From: a bacterium
GTDB taxonomy: Bacteria > Hinthialibacterota > Hinthialibacteria > Hinthialibacterales > Hinthialibacteraceae
Direction: 5' to 3'
NCBI GenBank assembly: GCA_963662285.2
Contig: CAXXMV010000006.1
Location: 1,632,001 to 1,696,000, forward strand
DNA: 64,000 bases
A program made the translations under genes and the position numbers. The notes under the pieces are model-generated. The model had not been told where the DNA came from, did not search any database, and saw only the letters and a program-made list of their open reading frames with translations. Positions 50,774 through 60,671 of the stretch are shown here, piece by piece (the stretch's first letter is position 1; the number at the start of each line of letters is the position of its first letter).

Positions 50774-53700
50774 TTAACGTTTCAACGAAACAATTTCTGT
50801 AAGAATCTGGTCGCCTGTGGTTATGATACGCGCATTAGCCTGATAAGCCCGTTGCGCAACGATCAGTTTGGTGAATTCTGCCGCCAGGTCGACATTAGAC
50901 AGTTCCAATGATCCTGATTCGATAGTACCGGCTTCTGAATCAGCTTCAACGAAGCGTCGTTCTCCACTATTGTCGCCATCACGGTACTGGAAGAGGGTGT
51001 TGCCTTGTTGGACGAGTCCGCCTTCATTGGTGACCGTGGCTAACATGACTTTACCTAATGTTTGAGAATCGCCATTAGTGAACAGACCCATGATTTCGCC
51101 ATTGGCTGTAATAGCGACATTATCAAGCATACCTACGGGACGTCCGTCCTGGCTTTGCAGCTGAGCTGTGTGGTTGCTGTCAAACTGGGTGATGCCGCTT
51201 AAATCCATCTCGAATTTAACTTCTCTGGCGCCGCCGTTTTGTGGATCATTATCATCGTAATCGAATGAGATGTTGGGCGTATTGCTAGAGCCATACTGGT
51301 CAAAACGTCCCGTGTTATCAAAATAAAGTGATCCGGTGGTTCCTTGTGGAGGTTTGCGTGCGTCGTTGGGAACAACCGCCTGGAAATTCACCGTATTGCG
51401 AGTGAGGCCATCCTGATGAATAGTATTTGATGTGAATACATTACCAGAGCCTGCTTTGGCGACTATTCCTATAGGAACGCCTTCAGTGCGATCCACTCCC
51501 GTTTCGCCGTCGAAATCAGCCGCTATTCCATAGCCTCTCTGATTGAAGAGAGCGCGGAATGCAGTAACTTCGGGATCGAAAGCGTCAGTTTCGCTAAAGT
51601 ATTCTGGAGCGCCAGCGGCGTCTTCCATTTCAAAAAATGTACCTGAACTTAAGGCGACCAGGTGAACGCCGGAATCATTAATGCCAGTAGGCTCAGCCAA
51701 AGATGGATCGCCTTCAACCAGTGGTCCAAAGTCGGTATTTCCAATAGAAAATACTTTAGTTAAATCCGAACCGAAGATTTCATCTGCTGTAGCGTCTTTG
51801 AGAAATCCAGTAACTTTTTTATCAACATCGGTGTTATCGATATCTATTTCCTGATCCTCTGTGGCCGGATCAGTAGTCGTATCGAGGGTGCTGACGCGGA
51901 TCGAGCGCGTTTTGGCAGCCAGATCAAGCACCATGCCCATATTATCTTCGCCGCCGGCGGCGGCTATCAGACTCGCGGTTCTGGCATCACTATCAGGCAA
52001 AGCTGATGCTCCCATATTACCACCAGTCGTTTCGAATTGGAAACTACCGTCATCAGTAAGAATTACTTTGAATTCCAGTTCAGTTGCCGGTTCAGCCAAT
52101 AGTCCTGATACGTTAGGACTAATGAATTCAGCAGGTAAATCGTCTGGATCAAGATCCACAATGTTATCCGCTATTCTCTGGATTGATGAATTGATTCTTT
52201 TTTCAATATTGCTGCGTACAATTTCCAAGGTGGTGTTTTCAGTAAAACCTTCATCGCCAATTAATCCACCTTCAACATTTTTACTAGGGATGTTTAGAAA
52301 TTCGTTTCCAGTAACATTAATGTCATTGTCATCAAACACAGCTCTAATGGCATCGTTGGTTGGTACGTTGAATGTGCCTCCGTTAATAGATAAGGCGCCA
52401 TCAGAAACGCGAATAGCGATCAGGTTGCCATTGGCGTCATTATATGAAAAGACTCCCTGCGTCGCCACAATATTACTAACCTGCCGCGCCGTGAAAGTAG
52501 CGGTATTGCTGGCCGGGTCATTTTGTGGTTCAAGCAACTCTATCTTGGGAGGAACAATACCATCTGGAATAAGAAAACGTCCTTCACTATCCCGTAGTTC
52601 CCCAAGGATAGTCTCTTTGATGGCGGCAGGTTGACTGGTATCCGCCGCTAATCCCACAGAAACAGTATGCGATGCGCCCAGGGAATCGAATACATCGATG
52701 GATGTATTACGATCCGCCTGGCGGACGCTATTAGTTGAAACTACTTCTGTTGCACCAACATTCAATGTTTTGGTAAAATCAGGATCGCCTTCATTGACAA
52801 ATAAGTTGCCAATTAGTCTGTTCGCATCCACCGGAGGCTCAGTTTCGGTATTTCTGGCATCCAAACCTATTCGAATCCCTTTTAGTGAATTTTTACCACT
52901 GTTAGAAAATTCAAAAGCACCGGAAGAATTAAAATTGACGTCTATACCGCTGGCCACGCCTGGAGTGATTTCGGTGATAATTCCTGAAAAGAAATCAGTA
53001 AAGGCCTCCTGCAGATCAGCAATTGTGGTGGTTGCCGTGATTGTCATGATGACGCCTTCACCTCTGTCATTGATGTTCTGCTTTGTAAGTTCAACCGGAT
53101 TATCGACGCCGACAGGAGGATTATTCAAATTTAGAAAGCCAGTTTCAAATTTGATAACGTCTCCATTTATTAATCCCATGGGTTCGCCTTTTGCGTCGAA
53201 TATCCCCAGAAGATTACTGGTATTTAATGCTTGAGATACAGGAGAGTTGTCACCAACGCTGGAATCAAAATTACCTCCGGCGCGAACAATGTTAGTTGTT
53301 TGAGCGAGAGATTTGCGATTATCATCAATTTGTAGAGGACCTAGAGATTTTGATGTCTCTAACATGCCATTTTCATCGGCGGTCTGGCCAATTAGCCGAT
53401 ATCCTGATGCCGGATCAACAAGGAAACCTTCATTATCCAGAGAAAAATTACCAGCTCGGGTCAGAAATTCGTTACTCTTCTCACTTCCATCACCATCCCG
53501 CAGCACGAAGAATCCATCGCCCATAACGGCCAGATCCAATAATCTGCCGGTGGTTTCAGGACTGCCTTGGGTGAAAATCTTGTCAACGCTGCCCAGTTTT
53601 ACGCCTGTTCCAAATTGAACAGGATTAACGCCGCCTCGCGTTCCGCTGGCGCCGATGCCTGATGATAGGGTTTGATAGAATATATCGTCGAAAGAAGCGC

Positions 53701-53815
53701 GGCTGGCGCGATATCCAACGGTATTGACGTTAGCAATATTGTTACCGATAACATCAATATTGTGTCCCATCGCGGTAAGACCGGTAAGACCTACAAAAAG
53801 TGAACGAATAGTCAT
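50774..53815 (-). CDS. flgE: Flagellar hook protein, very large (1013 aa)
   Basis: DVIGNNIANVNTVGYR, DLAVMGDGFF, TRAGNF, LELSNVDLAAEFT.LIVAQRAYQAN. Confidence 0.93.
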   Translation of the reverse strand: MTIRSLFVGLTGLTAMGHNIDVIGNNIANVNTVGYRASRASFDDIFYQTLSSGIGASGTRGGVNPVQFGTGVKLGSVDKIFTQGSPETTGRLLDLAVMGDGFFVLRDGDGSEKSNEFLTRAGNFSLDNEGFLVDPASGYRLIGQTADENGMLETSKSLGPLQIDDNRKSLAQTTNIVRAGGNFDSSVGDNSPVSQALNTSNLLGIFDAKGEPMGLINGDVIKFETGFLNLNNPPVGVDNPVELTKQNINDRGEGVIMTITATTTIADLQEAFTDFFSGIITEITPGVASGIDVNFNSSGAFEFSNSGKNSLKGIRIGLDARNTETEPPVDANRLIGNLFVNEGDPDFTKTLNVGATEVVSTNSVRQADRNTSIDVFDSLGASHTVSVGLAADTSQPAAIKETILGELRDSEGRFLIPDGIVPPKIELLEPQNDPASNTATFTARQVSNIVATQGVFSYNDANGNLIAIRVSDGALSINGGTFNVPTNDAIRAVFDDNDINVTGNEFLNIPSKNVEGGLIGDEGFTENTTLEIVRSNIEKRINSSIQRIADNIVDLDPDDLPAEFISPNVSGLLAEPATELEFKVILTDDGSFQFETTGGNMGASALPDSDARTASLIAAAGGEDNMGMVLDLAAKTRSIRVSTLDTTTDPATEDQEIDIDNTDVDKKVTGFLKDATADEIFGSDLTKVFSIGNTDFGPLVEGDPSLAEPTGINDSGVHLVALSSGTFFEMEDAAGAPEYFSETDAFDPEVTAFRALFNQRGYGIAADFDGETGVDRTEGVPIGIVAKAGSGNVFTSNTIHQDGLTRNTVNFQAVVPNDARKPPQGTTGSLYFDNTGRFDQYGSSNTPNISFDYDDNDPQNGGAREVKFEMDLSGITQFDSNHTAQLQSQDGRPVGMLDNVAITANGEIMGLFTNGDSQTLGKVMLATVTNEGGLVQQGNTLFQYRDGDNSGERRFVEADSEAGTIESGSLELSNVDLAAEFTKLIVAQRAYQANARIITTGDQILTEIVSLKR

Positions 53816-53822
53816 TATGAAT

Positions 53823-53964
53823 TGACCTCCATGTCTGCTCTACTACCCGTTGAGCGGGTAATTTATCCCTCAAACGGTAGATAATTATGTAGAAAGCATC
53901 CTGCTTTCTTGAATCGCATCAGTCGATCAACGATTCAGAGGCTTCCTCAAAGAGGTCCAGCCTC
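53823..53964 (-). promoter_or_regulatory. Structured flgE leader with several CsrA-type GGA sites
   Basis: Four adjacent hairpins, including AGAAAGCA-GGA-TGCTTTCT (53891-53909); ATGGAGG overlaps the RBS. Confidence 0.6.
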
Positions 53965-54039
53965 ATTTGTATAGAGTGTAAATACAGTTAAAAATTGATC
54001 CAGCGGGCGCTGCTAAAGGGTAAAAATAAAATTAAATAA

Positions 54040-54444
54040 TTATGCAACAACGGCGCTGTCGATTTGAGTGAACACATTCTTCGATGCACCGGATAAATCC
54101 ATAGCTGTGACTACTGTGCGGTTGTCGATATTAACCACAAGCGCGTTGCCATCCAAAACGATCAGGGAGTTGTGCGCTCCTTTTTCGTCTGCTTTATCAA
54201 TGGCGTCATCAAGCCGGGCCATATCTTCGTCACTTAGATTAATGCCTCGCGTTGTAAGACGTTGTTGCGCATGAATTGAGAAATTAACATCAACTTTTTG
54301 CGCATTGAGCGATTTCGATAGAATATCGGAGAATTTACCGCCATTACTCGATTTAGGCGTCATTCCTATGGCTGGCGCCTGAATGAAATCGGAAATCGAT
54401 GGAGGTGGAACATATACTTGATTGCCAATGTTCATGGAATTCAT
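54040..54444 (-). CDS. Flagellar operon protein (TIGR02530 family)
   Basis: FSIHAQQRL..RGI, A.EKGA.NSL, NRTVVTAM, NVFTQIDSAV; between flgD and flgE. Confidence 0.88.
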   Translation of the reverse strand: MNSMNIGNQVYVPPPSISDFIQAPAIGMTPKSSNGGKFSDILSKSLNAQKVDVNFSIHAQQRLTTRGINLSDEDMARLDDAIDKADEKGAHNSLIVLDGNALVVNIDNRTVVTAMDLSGASKNVFTQIDSAVVA

Positions 54445-55124
54445 TGAGTGTTAGTCCTTTCATAGACGCCAAAGACATTGCTGAATGGAGTGGCGTTGCC
54501 ATCCACTATCAGAATTGGCGTACCGTCAATGTAGTTTACCCCTTCAACAAATCCTCGAATGAATACTGGATATTCGGTTACATTGCCTTCTTCATCAATC
54601 GTATCACCGACCGACATGCTGTATTCGCCTGGTGGAAGTTGATCGCCATTATTATTCTTGCCGTCGAAATGGTAAGCAACTTCTCCTGATTGATATACCG
54701 TCACTAAATCGCTGCGAACGATTTCCCCAGCTGCGTTAAATATCTTTACGTTTTCAATACCGGTATTATCAGCCAGGAAGGAGAAATCGATTGATTTGTC
54801 CGCCTGTAGAGTAAACTGATCCTCGGCGATTGATACTTCTTTACCGATGAGCGACAGGGCTTGAGTTGAAGTATTATTATTTTGGCCTTCTATTAGTTGT
54901 TGAAGCAAATCCGTTTGCATCTGCTGTTGCTCAAGAGAACTGAAGGTTGCCAATTCGGCTACGAAATCCTGGTTTTCAATCGGATTCATAGGGTCCTGAT
55001 TCTGCAACTGAGCGATCAACAATGTCAAGAACTGATCGCTGTTAACTTCTTGAGAACCGATCGTGCTTTGCGTAGCCGCAGATGAAGCTAAACTATTGAC
55101 AGAAGACGTGGGAGCGATAGCCAT
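54441..55124 (-). CDS. flgD: Flagellar hook capping protein
   Basis: FLTLLIAQLQNQDPMNP..FVAELATFSSLEQ, FDGKNNNG..LPPGEY. Confidence 0.94.
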   Translation of the reverse strand: MAIAPTSSVNSLASSAATQSTIGSQEVNSDQFLTLLIAQLQNQDPMNPIENQDFVAELATFSSLEQQQMQTDLLQQLIEGQNNNTSTQALSLIGKEVSIAEDQFTLQADKSIDFSFLADNTGIENVKIFNAAGEIVRSDLVTVYQSGEVAYHFDGKNNNGDQLPPGEYSMSVGDTIDEEGNVTEYPVFIRGFVEGVNYIDGTPILIVDGNATPFSNVFGVYERTNTQ

Positions 55125-55162
55125 GGTATAGTACCTTTAACTAAAATTTCTGTAACTAATTC

Positions 55163-57682
55163 TTAAAAGTAATAATCCGATGTTGCCATGCGATCAGACC
55201 ATAAAGCAAATTTATTCCTGGCCTGGTTGCCATTACGGTTGTTTTCCTGTTGATTCTGGCGGTTGTTATAATCAGAACGGTTTTTCGCTGTGCGATCCTG
55301 TGAATCTTCATTCTTGCCATAATCCTGTTTGGGATCAAATTGTTCTTTGTTAACTACCAGTCGGTCAACTTTGAGTCCTTGTTCATCAAATGCAGAGCGT
55401 AAGGTGTTAAGGCCTTGCTGCATCATGGCCCTGGTCGAGTCTTTTTCAGCATTCAACTGAGCGGATAACTGGCCGTTTTCCATAGTTATCCTGATATGGA
55501 TTTGTCCCAGAGATTCTGGAACCATACGCAAGGTGACGTGGCTGCGATCAGAACCAATAGTTCCTTGAACGCCTTTTACAATTTGTTTAGCCGCCGCTTC
55601 CTGTACTTCGGCTATCTTCTCCATATATTGCTGCATCATGGTTGCTTGTGGAGTCTGTTGAATCTGTGGCGTACTGGCAATAATCGGTTGTGATTGAAAA
55701 TTGGTTTGCGCTGACTGTTGACTTTGAATCTGCGTTTGATCTGGTTGATTGTTGCTTTGCGTTTGAACAGTAGGCTTTACCTGATTAACCGTTTCAAGAA
55801 TACTTGCCTGTTGATTATTGCGAAGACTTTGTAGAATAATTGCTTCTGATTTATTATTCGAAGAAGACGTTGTTTTGTTATCCTGAGATGTGAAAGCTTT
55901 TTTGAATGATTCTTTGGAATCATATTGAGCGATGCGTTCTTCCTTGGCTTTGATCATGCTGCTGATCCTGGCGGATTCAATTAACCGGGCGCTTTCTTGA
56001 TCCGAGTTACTTTCGCCTTTTTGCTTTTGTTGATTGTTTTTGCTGGATTCAGAAGAATCGCTTTTAACTTCCTTATCTTCTTCAGTAATGGAATGCGCTA
56101 GAAGGACGATTTTTTGCTGCTTGTCATCATCATCGCCTTGATCCATGCTGCGAACCATGTATAGAACTTTGGAACTTTCAGGTTGTTCGCTATTGGTTTT
56201 GCTATCCGTAACAACTTTTTCCGCAATGACGCTCTCAATAATTGCTTCATTCTCAATGATATTGGTTGTATCAGAATTGGAGGCTTTCACAAATTCTTCA
56301 GCATCTATAATCTTTTGACCTTCGCTCTCCTGACTCTCTTCCTTGGATTGAATTTGATTATCGTTAATAGTTTCTGATTGTTTTGAATTATTGTCAGATA
56401 CTTCAACCGCAGGTGATTTCAGGTATTTTGAAATTGAGTTTTCTGCGTCTTTGAGTTCCGGGTCTTTTGATGCTGAGTCTTTGTGTACTAAATCTTTGTG
56501 TACTGAATCTTTGTGTACTGTATCCTTCTGTACTGTATTTTTTAGTACTGTATCTTTAGAAGGCGCTGACTCTTGTTTTACTGAGTTGTTCAGTACTGGC
56601 TCTTGCTGCACCGGGTCTTTTGTCGTTTTTTCTTTAATATCTGAATCTTTTGATAAAGATGCAATAGGCGTCGATTGATTGAGCGCTGTATCTTTTAATA
56701 ATGGTTCTTTAGGCGTTGAATCATTGGGTGCTGATTCTTTGGATACGGCGCCTTTGAATTCTGAATTGCTGGATACTGAATTCAAAGGAGTCGAATCTTT
56801 GAGTTCAGAATTTTTAGGCGCCGAATTATCATCCTTTGAATTTAAGATATTATTCTCGCCTTTTTTATTTTCAGCGAGTTTTTCTTTCAGTGGAGTCTCT
56901 TCTGATTTAACAAGGTTATCAACTAATTTAGTTGATTGTCCTGTGATATTGCTTATAGCATCGGCGATTTTGTTGCTGGAATTTTCACCTGATGTCTTGT
57001 TTGAATTATCGGATTCTTTGGATTGATCGGATTTTGATTCGTCTTTAACAATCTTACTGGAAGATTGGGAATCTTCATCTTTTTCGGCATCACTTTTTTG
57101 ATACCGGGCAAAAAATAACCGTTCAACGGGAAAATCTTTCTGCTTATTATCTTCAGAATTGGTAATGCTATCAAAAGATTCTTTACCCTCAAGCAAGGCT
57201 GCAATTTGTTCTTTGGAGAGATATACCGTTTTGATTTCTACCGATTCCTGGTCGCCGATTCCCAATTTTTCTTTCACGTCATCGGGCAGTACGTCAACGT
57301 TAATACGGACTTTGCCTTGGTCGTCGATGATGATACTATCTTTGGGAACTTCAACGATTACTGTCGAATCGTCTTTAACCTTTTCCCTGGATTCCTTTTT
57401 ATCATCTATAGTATTGGATTCTTTTGATTTAACTGAATTTATCGGGTGGTCTGAATAAACTTGTTCCGCCTGATCAGATGTTTGCCCCGGGTTGTTTTCA
57501 GTGGATTGAGTTTGAGGGGTAGTTTGGTTAATTGCCTGAGAAAAGTAGTTTTCAAAGGAATCGCTTTCTGACTTTGGAAGATCATTAACCCTGGAAGATG
57601 TTTCCATTCGATTAACAATCTGATCAGAGGAGAAAAAAGCGATTGTTGTGTTTTGGTTCATGACTACCATCCGTGGTTTCAT
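55163..57682 (-). CDS. fliK: Flagellar hook-length control protein (true start may be ATG 57661)
   Basis: Long low-complexity N-terminal region; C-terminal LRMVPESLGQIHIRI...LRSAFDEQGL T3S4 domain; upstream of flgD. Confidence 0.88.
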   Translation of the reverse strand: MKPRMVVMNQNTTIAFFSSDQIVNRMETSSRVNDLPKSESDSFENYFSQAINQTTPQTQSTENNPGQTSDQAEQVYSDHPINSVKSKESNTIDDKKESREKVKDDSTVIVEVPKDSIIIDDQGKVRINVDVLPDDVKEKLGIGDQESVEIKTVYLSKEQIAALLEGKESFDSITNSEDNKQKDFPVERLFFARYQKSDAEKDEDSQSSSKIVKDESKSDQSKESDNSNKTSGENSSNKIADAISNITGQSTKLVDNLVKSEETPLKEKLAENKKGENNILNSKDDNSAPKNSELKDSTPLNSVSSNSEFKGAVSKESAPNDSTPKEPLLKDTALNQSTPIASLSKDSDIKEKTTKDPVQQEPVLNNSVKQESAPSKDTVLKNTVQKDTVHKDSVHKDLVHKDSASKDPELKDAENSISKYLKSPAVEVSDNNSKQSETINDNQIQSKEESQESEGQKIIDAEEFVKASNSDTTNIIENEAIIESVIAEKVVTDSKTNSEQPESSKVLYMVRSMDQGDDDDKQQKIVLLAHSITEEDKEVKSDSSESSKNNQQKQKGESNSDQESARLIESARISSMIKAKEERIAQYDSKESFKKAFTSQDNKTTSSSNNKSEAIILQSLRNNQQASILETVNQVKPTVQTQSNNQPDQTQIQSQQSAQTNFQSQPIIASTPQIQQTPQATMMQQYMEKIAEVQEAAAKQIVKGVQGTIGSDRSHVTLRMVPESLGQIHIRITMENGQLSAQLNAEKDSTRAMMQQGLNTLRSAFDEQGLKVDRLVVNKEQFDPKQDYGKNEDSQDRTAKNRSDYNNRQNQQENNRNGNQARNKFALWSDRMATSDYYF
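56484..56558. repeat. 15-bp tandem repeat (5 copies) inside fliK
   Basis: tgtactaaatctttg tgtactgaatctttg tgtactgtatccttc tgtactgtatttttt agtactgtatcttta. Confidence 0.85.
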
Positions 57683-57715
57683 ATAGCGGAAACTCCGTCC
57701 GCATATTAAATTAAG

Positions 57716-57731
57716 AGCAAGGGTAATGCCA
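57716..57731 (-). promoter_or_regulatory. sigma54 (-24/-12) promoter for the fliK-flgD-flgE operon
   Basis: Minus strand TGGCAT-TACCC-TTGCT, canonical spacing. Confidence 0.75.
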
Positions 57732-57892
57732 AAAAATAAAAATGTTAATTAAGTGGTGATGTATTGATATAACTCGCTGATTTATTTATATTAATGTTTA
57801 TAGAGACATAACATTTACTGATTTCAATGTTATGTTGAATAGGAAAAACTTGCCGAAGCGTTTTTAGCGCATATTTTATAGAGGTAATAATA

Positions 57893-58252
57893 GTGAGCGA
57901 TCTGATTTTTATTGAAGACTTAATCGTACCAGTTCATATTGGATGCAGTAAAAAAGAGCGCAAAATCGCCCAACCCGTCAGGCTTAATATATCTATGGAA
58001 TTTGATGCTCATGCTGCGGGAGCATCAGATAAATTAAGCGATGCGTTGGATTACGTGAAAGCCTATCACCTGATTCAAGGGATTGTTGATAATAATTCTT
58101 ATGTATTACTGGAACGGTTTTGCACGGTCTGCGCTGATGCATTGCTGGAGCTGGGCGCCCGGTCCGTTAAAATTCGAGCATCAAAAGATAGATGTCCCAT
58201 ACCTGGCTTCCAGGGCCGGGTTGGCGTTGAAATCATCCGTAAAAAGGATTAG
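57893..58252 (+). CDS. folB: Dihydroneopterin aldolase
   Basis: HIG...ER...Q, SD.L.DALDY, LLE, VGVEI.R. Confidence 0.9.
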   Translation: MSDLIFIEDLIVPVHIGCSKKERKIAQPVRLNISMEFDAHAAGASDKLSDALDYVKAYHLIQGIVDNNSYVLLERFCTVCADALLELGARSVKIRASKDRCPIPGFQGRVGVEIIRKKD

Positions 58253-58260
58253 TCAGGTTC

Positions 58261-60537
58261 ATGAAGAACGAAACGGCTCGTTCATCGAAAAAAAACAGCA
58301 ATATATCATTTAAAGACGGGTTGGAGACTCCGGTTATGTACTGCCCGTCGGTTGGACCTAAACGCGCCCAATCACTGGAGAAACTCAATATAACTACAGT
58401 GCGCGACCTCTTGTGGCATCTGCCGCGCAGTTATGAAGATTATCACACCATCACCCAGATAACTCACCTTAACGCCGGTCAAGTCGCTACAGTGGTGGGC
58501 GACGTCGTTTCAATTGATGAGCGCAGCCCCGCCAGTAGATTCAGCAAAGTGCGGCATATTCTTAATGTTCAGATCAAGGACGCATCCGCATTCATGAAGG
58601 TGGTATGGTTTAACCAACAATTCCTTCTGAAGAGCATCCATATTGGATCGCGGATATTATTGCATGGTAAGGTTGAGCTATACGATTATCTGCCGCAGAT
58701 GTCCGCGCCTAAAATACAGGTATTGGATAATGACAAAGGTTCCGATAGTTTGCCCGACCTGGTTCCTTTGTATCCCCTGTGCGATGGTTTAACCCAGAAT
58801 ATTATCCATACCATAATCCATAAAGCCTTTGAACGCTTTGGTAAGGAATGCGTTGAATTTCTGCCGGAAGCGATCCTACAGAAATATAACTACCCATCCA
58901 GGGAAGAATCTTTCCGCATCCTGCATGATCCCAAACCGGGTGACGGCGCCCCCACCAGCGGTTCCGGACAGGCGCCGGAATTATTTAATCAGGATGAGCA
59001 GGGGGAAGTCTTACAGGCGGGATCACCGGAAACGTCCTGGGAAAAAGCGCGGCGGCGTTTGGTATTTGAAGAGTTTTTGTTGCACCAGTTTATTCTGCGC
59101 CGCATAAACGGCAGCCGGAAAAAAGAGCAGGGCATTGCTCATCCAGCTCTTAAGATCGATCCCTGGAACGACCAGACAACCGTGTTGGATACTGATGATA
59201 AGTTGTGCTGGCCCGCTTTATTCGTGCGCAACCTGCCTTTTCAACTTACCGATGATCAGATAAAAGTATGCCGCGAGTTTGCGCATGATATGGTTCAGCC
59301 CGCGCCTATGAGCCGTCTTTTACAGGGCGATGTGGGATCGGGCAAGACGGTTGTCTCGCTCTTCGCCATGCTGATAGCTGTCTCTGGCGGATCGCAGGCG
59401 GCTTTGATGGTTCCAACGGAGATTCTAGCCCAGCAGCACGCCGCTACGATTAGAAAATTAACTCAATCGATTCCCGGATTACGCGTGGCGGTGCTGAGAG
59501 GAAGCGCTAAAGCCAAAGAGCGCCGGGAGAATATGGAAGCCCTGGCTTCAGGAGAAGCGCAGATTGCGGTGGGCACTCATGCTCTGTTTCAGGAGAAAGT
59601 CCAATTCAAGAACCTGGGCCTGGTGTTGGTGGATGAGCAGCATAAGTTCGGCGTCAATCAACGTCAGAAGATGATCGAGAAGGGGTCGCATCCAGATTTA
59701 CTGGTAGCCACCGCCACCCCTATTCCACGCACCCTGTCGCTGACCATGTTCGGAGATATGGATGTTTCGTTGATTAGGTCGCTGCCTCCGGGGCGTCCGG
59801 AACTGATTTCGCGTTGGACGACGTGGGGTAAAGAGAAGAAAGTATGGGAATTCGTCGATGAGAGGATCGAAGAGGGACAGCAGGTATACGTGGTCTGCCC
59901 CATCATTGAACCATCGGAAGAGATGCCTCAGCTGCCTTCAACGGAGGAAGCATTCGAGCGGCTTTCTGAAACCTTCTTCCCTCATCGCCGGGTAGCCATA
60001 TTACATGGCCGACATTCCGCTGAAGATAAGGAAGACCTCATGTCGCGTATGCAGGCGGGAGAGATCGACGTGGTAGTGGCCACTACGGTTATCGAGGTGG
60101 GGGTCGACCTTCCCAACGCCACCGTTATGGCCGTGCTGGGCGCCGAGCGTTTCGGGCTGGCTCAGTTGCATCAATTGCGCGGCCGGGTGGGGCGGGGGAC
60201 GGAGAAATCTTATTGCATCCTGATTACCCATCCCAATATCGCATCATACGCCGAAGAGAGGATGCGGGTATTAGAGAAGACGCGCGACGGCTTCAAAATC
60301 GCTGATGAAGATTTGCGTCTAAGGGGGCCGGGAGAACAATTCGGCACGCGGCAAAGCGGACATATCAACTTCCGCATAGCCGATCCAGTGCAGGACGGCG
60401 AGTTGCTGCGCCAGGCCAATCAAGCGGCCAGCGATATCTATCAACAAGACCCTGATCTGAAAATGCCGGAGCATAAGTTGCTTAAGAAAGAACTGATCCT
60501 GGCTTTTAACCGGATGGATAGTTTTAGGCCTTCTTGA
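58261..60537 (+). CDS. recG: ATP-dependent DNA helicase RecG
   Basis: RLLQGDVGSGKT, DEQHKFG, ATPIPRTL, QLHQLRGRVGRG, DL.LRGPG..FG.RQSG. Confidence 0.96.
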   Translation: MKNETARSSKKNSNISFKDGLETPVMYCPSVGPKRAQSLEKLNITTVRDLLWHLPRSYEDYHTITQITHLNAGQVATVVGDVVSIDERSPASRFSKVRHILNVQIKDASAFMKVVWFNQQFLLKSIHIGSRILLHGKVELYDYLPQMSAPKIQVLDNDKGSDSLPDLVPLYPLCDGLTQNIIHTIIHKAFERFGKECVEFLPEAILQKYNYPSREESFRILHDPKPGDGAPTSGSGQAPELFNQDEQGEVLQAGSPETSWEKARRRLVFEEFLLHQFILRRINGSRKKEQGIAHPALKIDPWNDQTTVLDTDDKLCWPALFVRNLPFQLTDDQIKVCREFAHDMVQPAPMSRLLQGDVGSGKTVVSLFAMLIAVSGGSQAALMVPTEILAQQHAATIRKLTQSIPGLRVAVLRGSAKAKERRENMEALASGEAQIAVGTHALFQEKVQFKNLGLVLVDEQHKFGVNQRQKMIEKGSHPDLLVATATPIPRTLSLTMFGDMDVSLIRSLPPGRPELISRWTTWGKEKKVWEFVDERIEEGQQVYVVCPIIEPSEEMPQLPSTEEAFERLSETFFPHRRVAILHGRHSAEDKEDLMSRMQAGEIDVVVATTVIEVGVDLPNATVMAVLGAERFGLAQLHQLRGRVGRGTEKSYCILITHPNIASYAEERMRVLEKTRDGFKIADEDLRLRGPGEQFGTRQSGHINFRIADPVQDGELLRQANQAASDIYQQDPDLKMPEHKLLKKELILAFNRMDSFRPS

Positions 60538-60546
60538 GGGATGTCT

Positions 60547-60638
60547 GTAGGGTGGGCTAAAAGCGCCAGCGTAGCCCACCATGATGCATAGGCGGCTTTG
60601 GAGGGCTACGTCGCTTTGTGGCTTTTAGCTAATCCTAC
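60547..60638. repeat. REP-like doublet, second subtype
   Basis: gtagggtgggctaaaagcgccagcgtagcccacc plus a degenerate inverted copy ending cttttagctaatcctac. Confidence 0.75.
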
Positions 60639-60671
60639 GCGCTACGGAGTTGTCTTCAATGGGGGGTAATA

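Noticed and set aside
51861-52634. 257-aa plus-strand ORF and the similar shadow ORFs over the flagellins, fab genes and fliK
   Set aside because: Antisense to confident genes; explained by codon bias.
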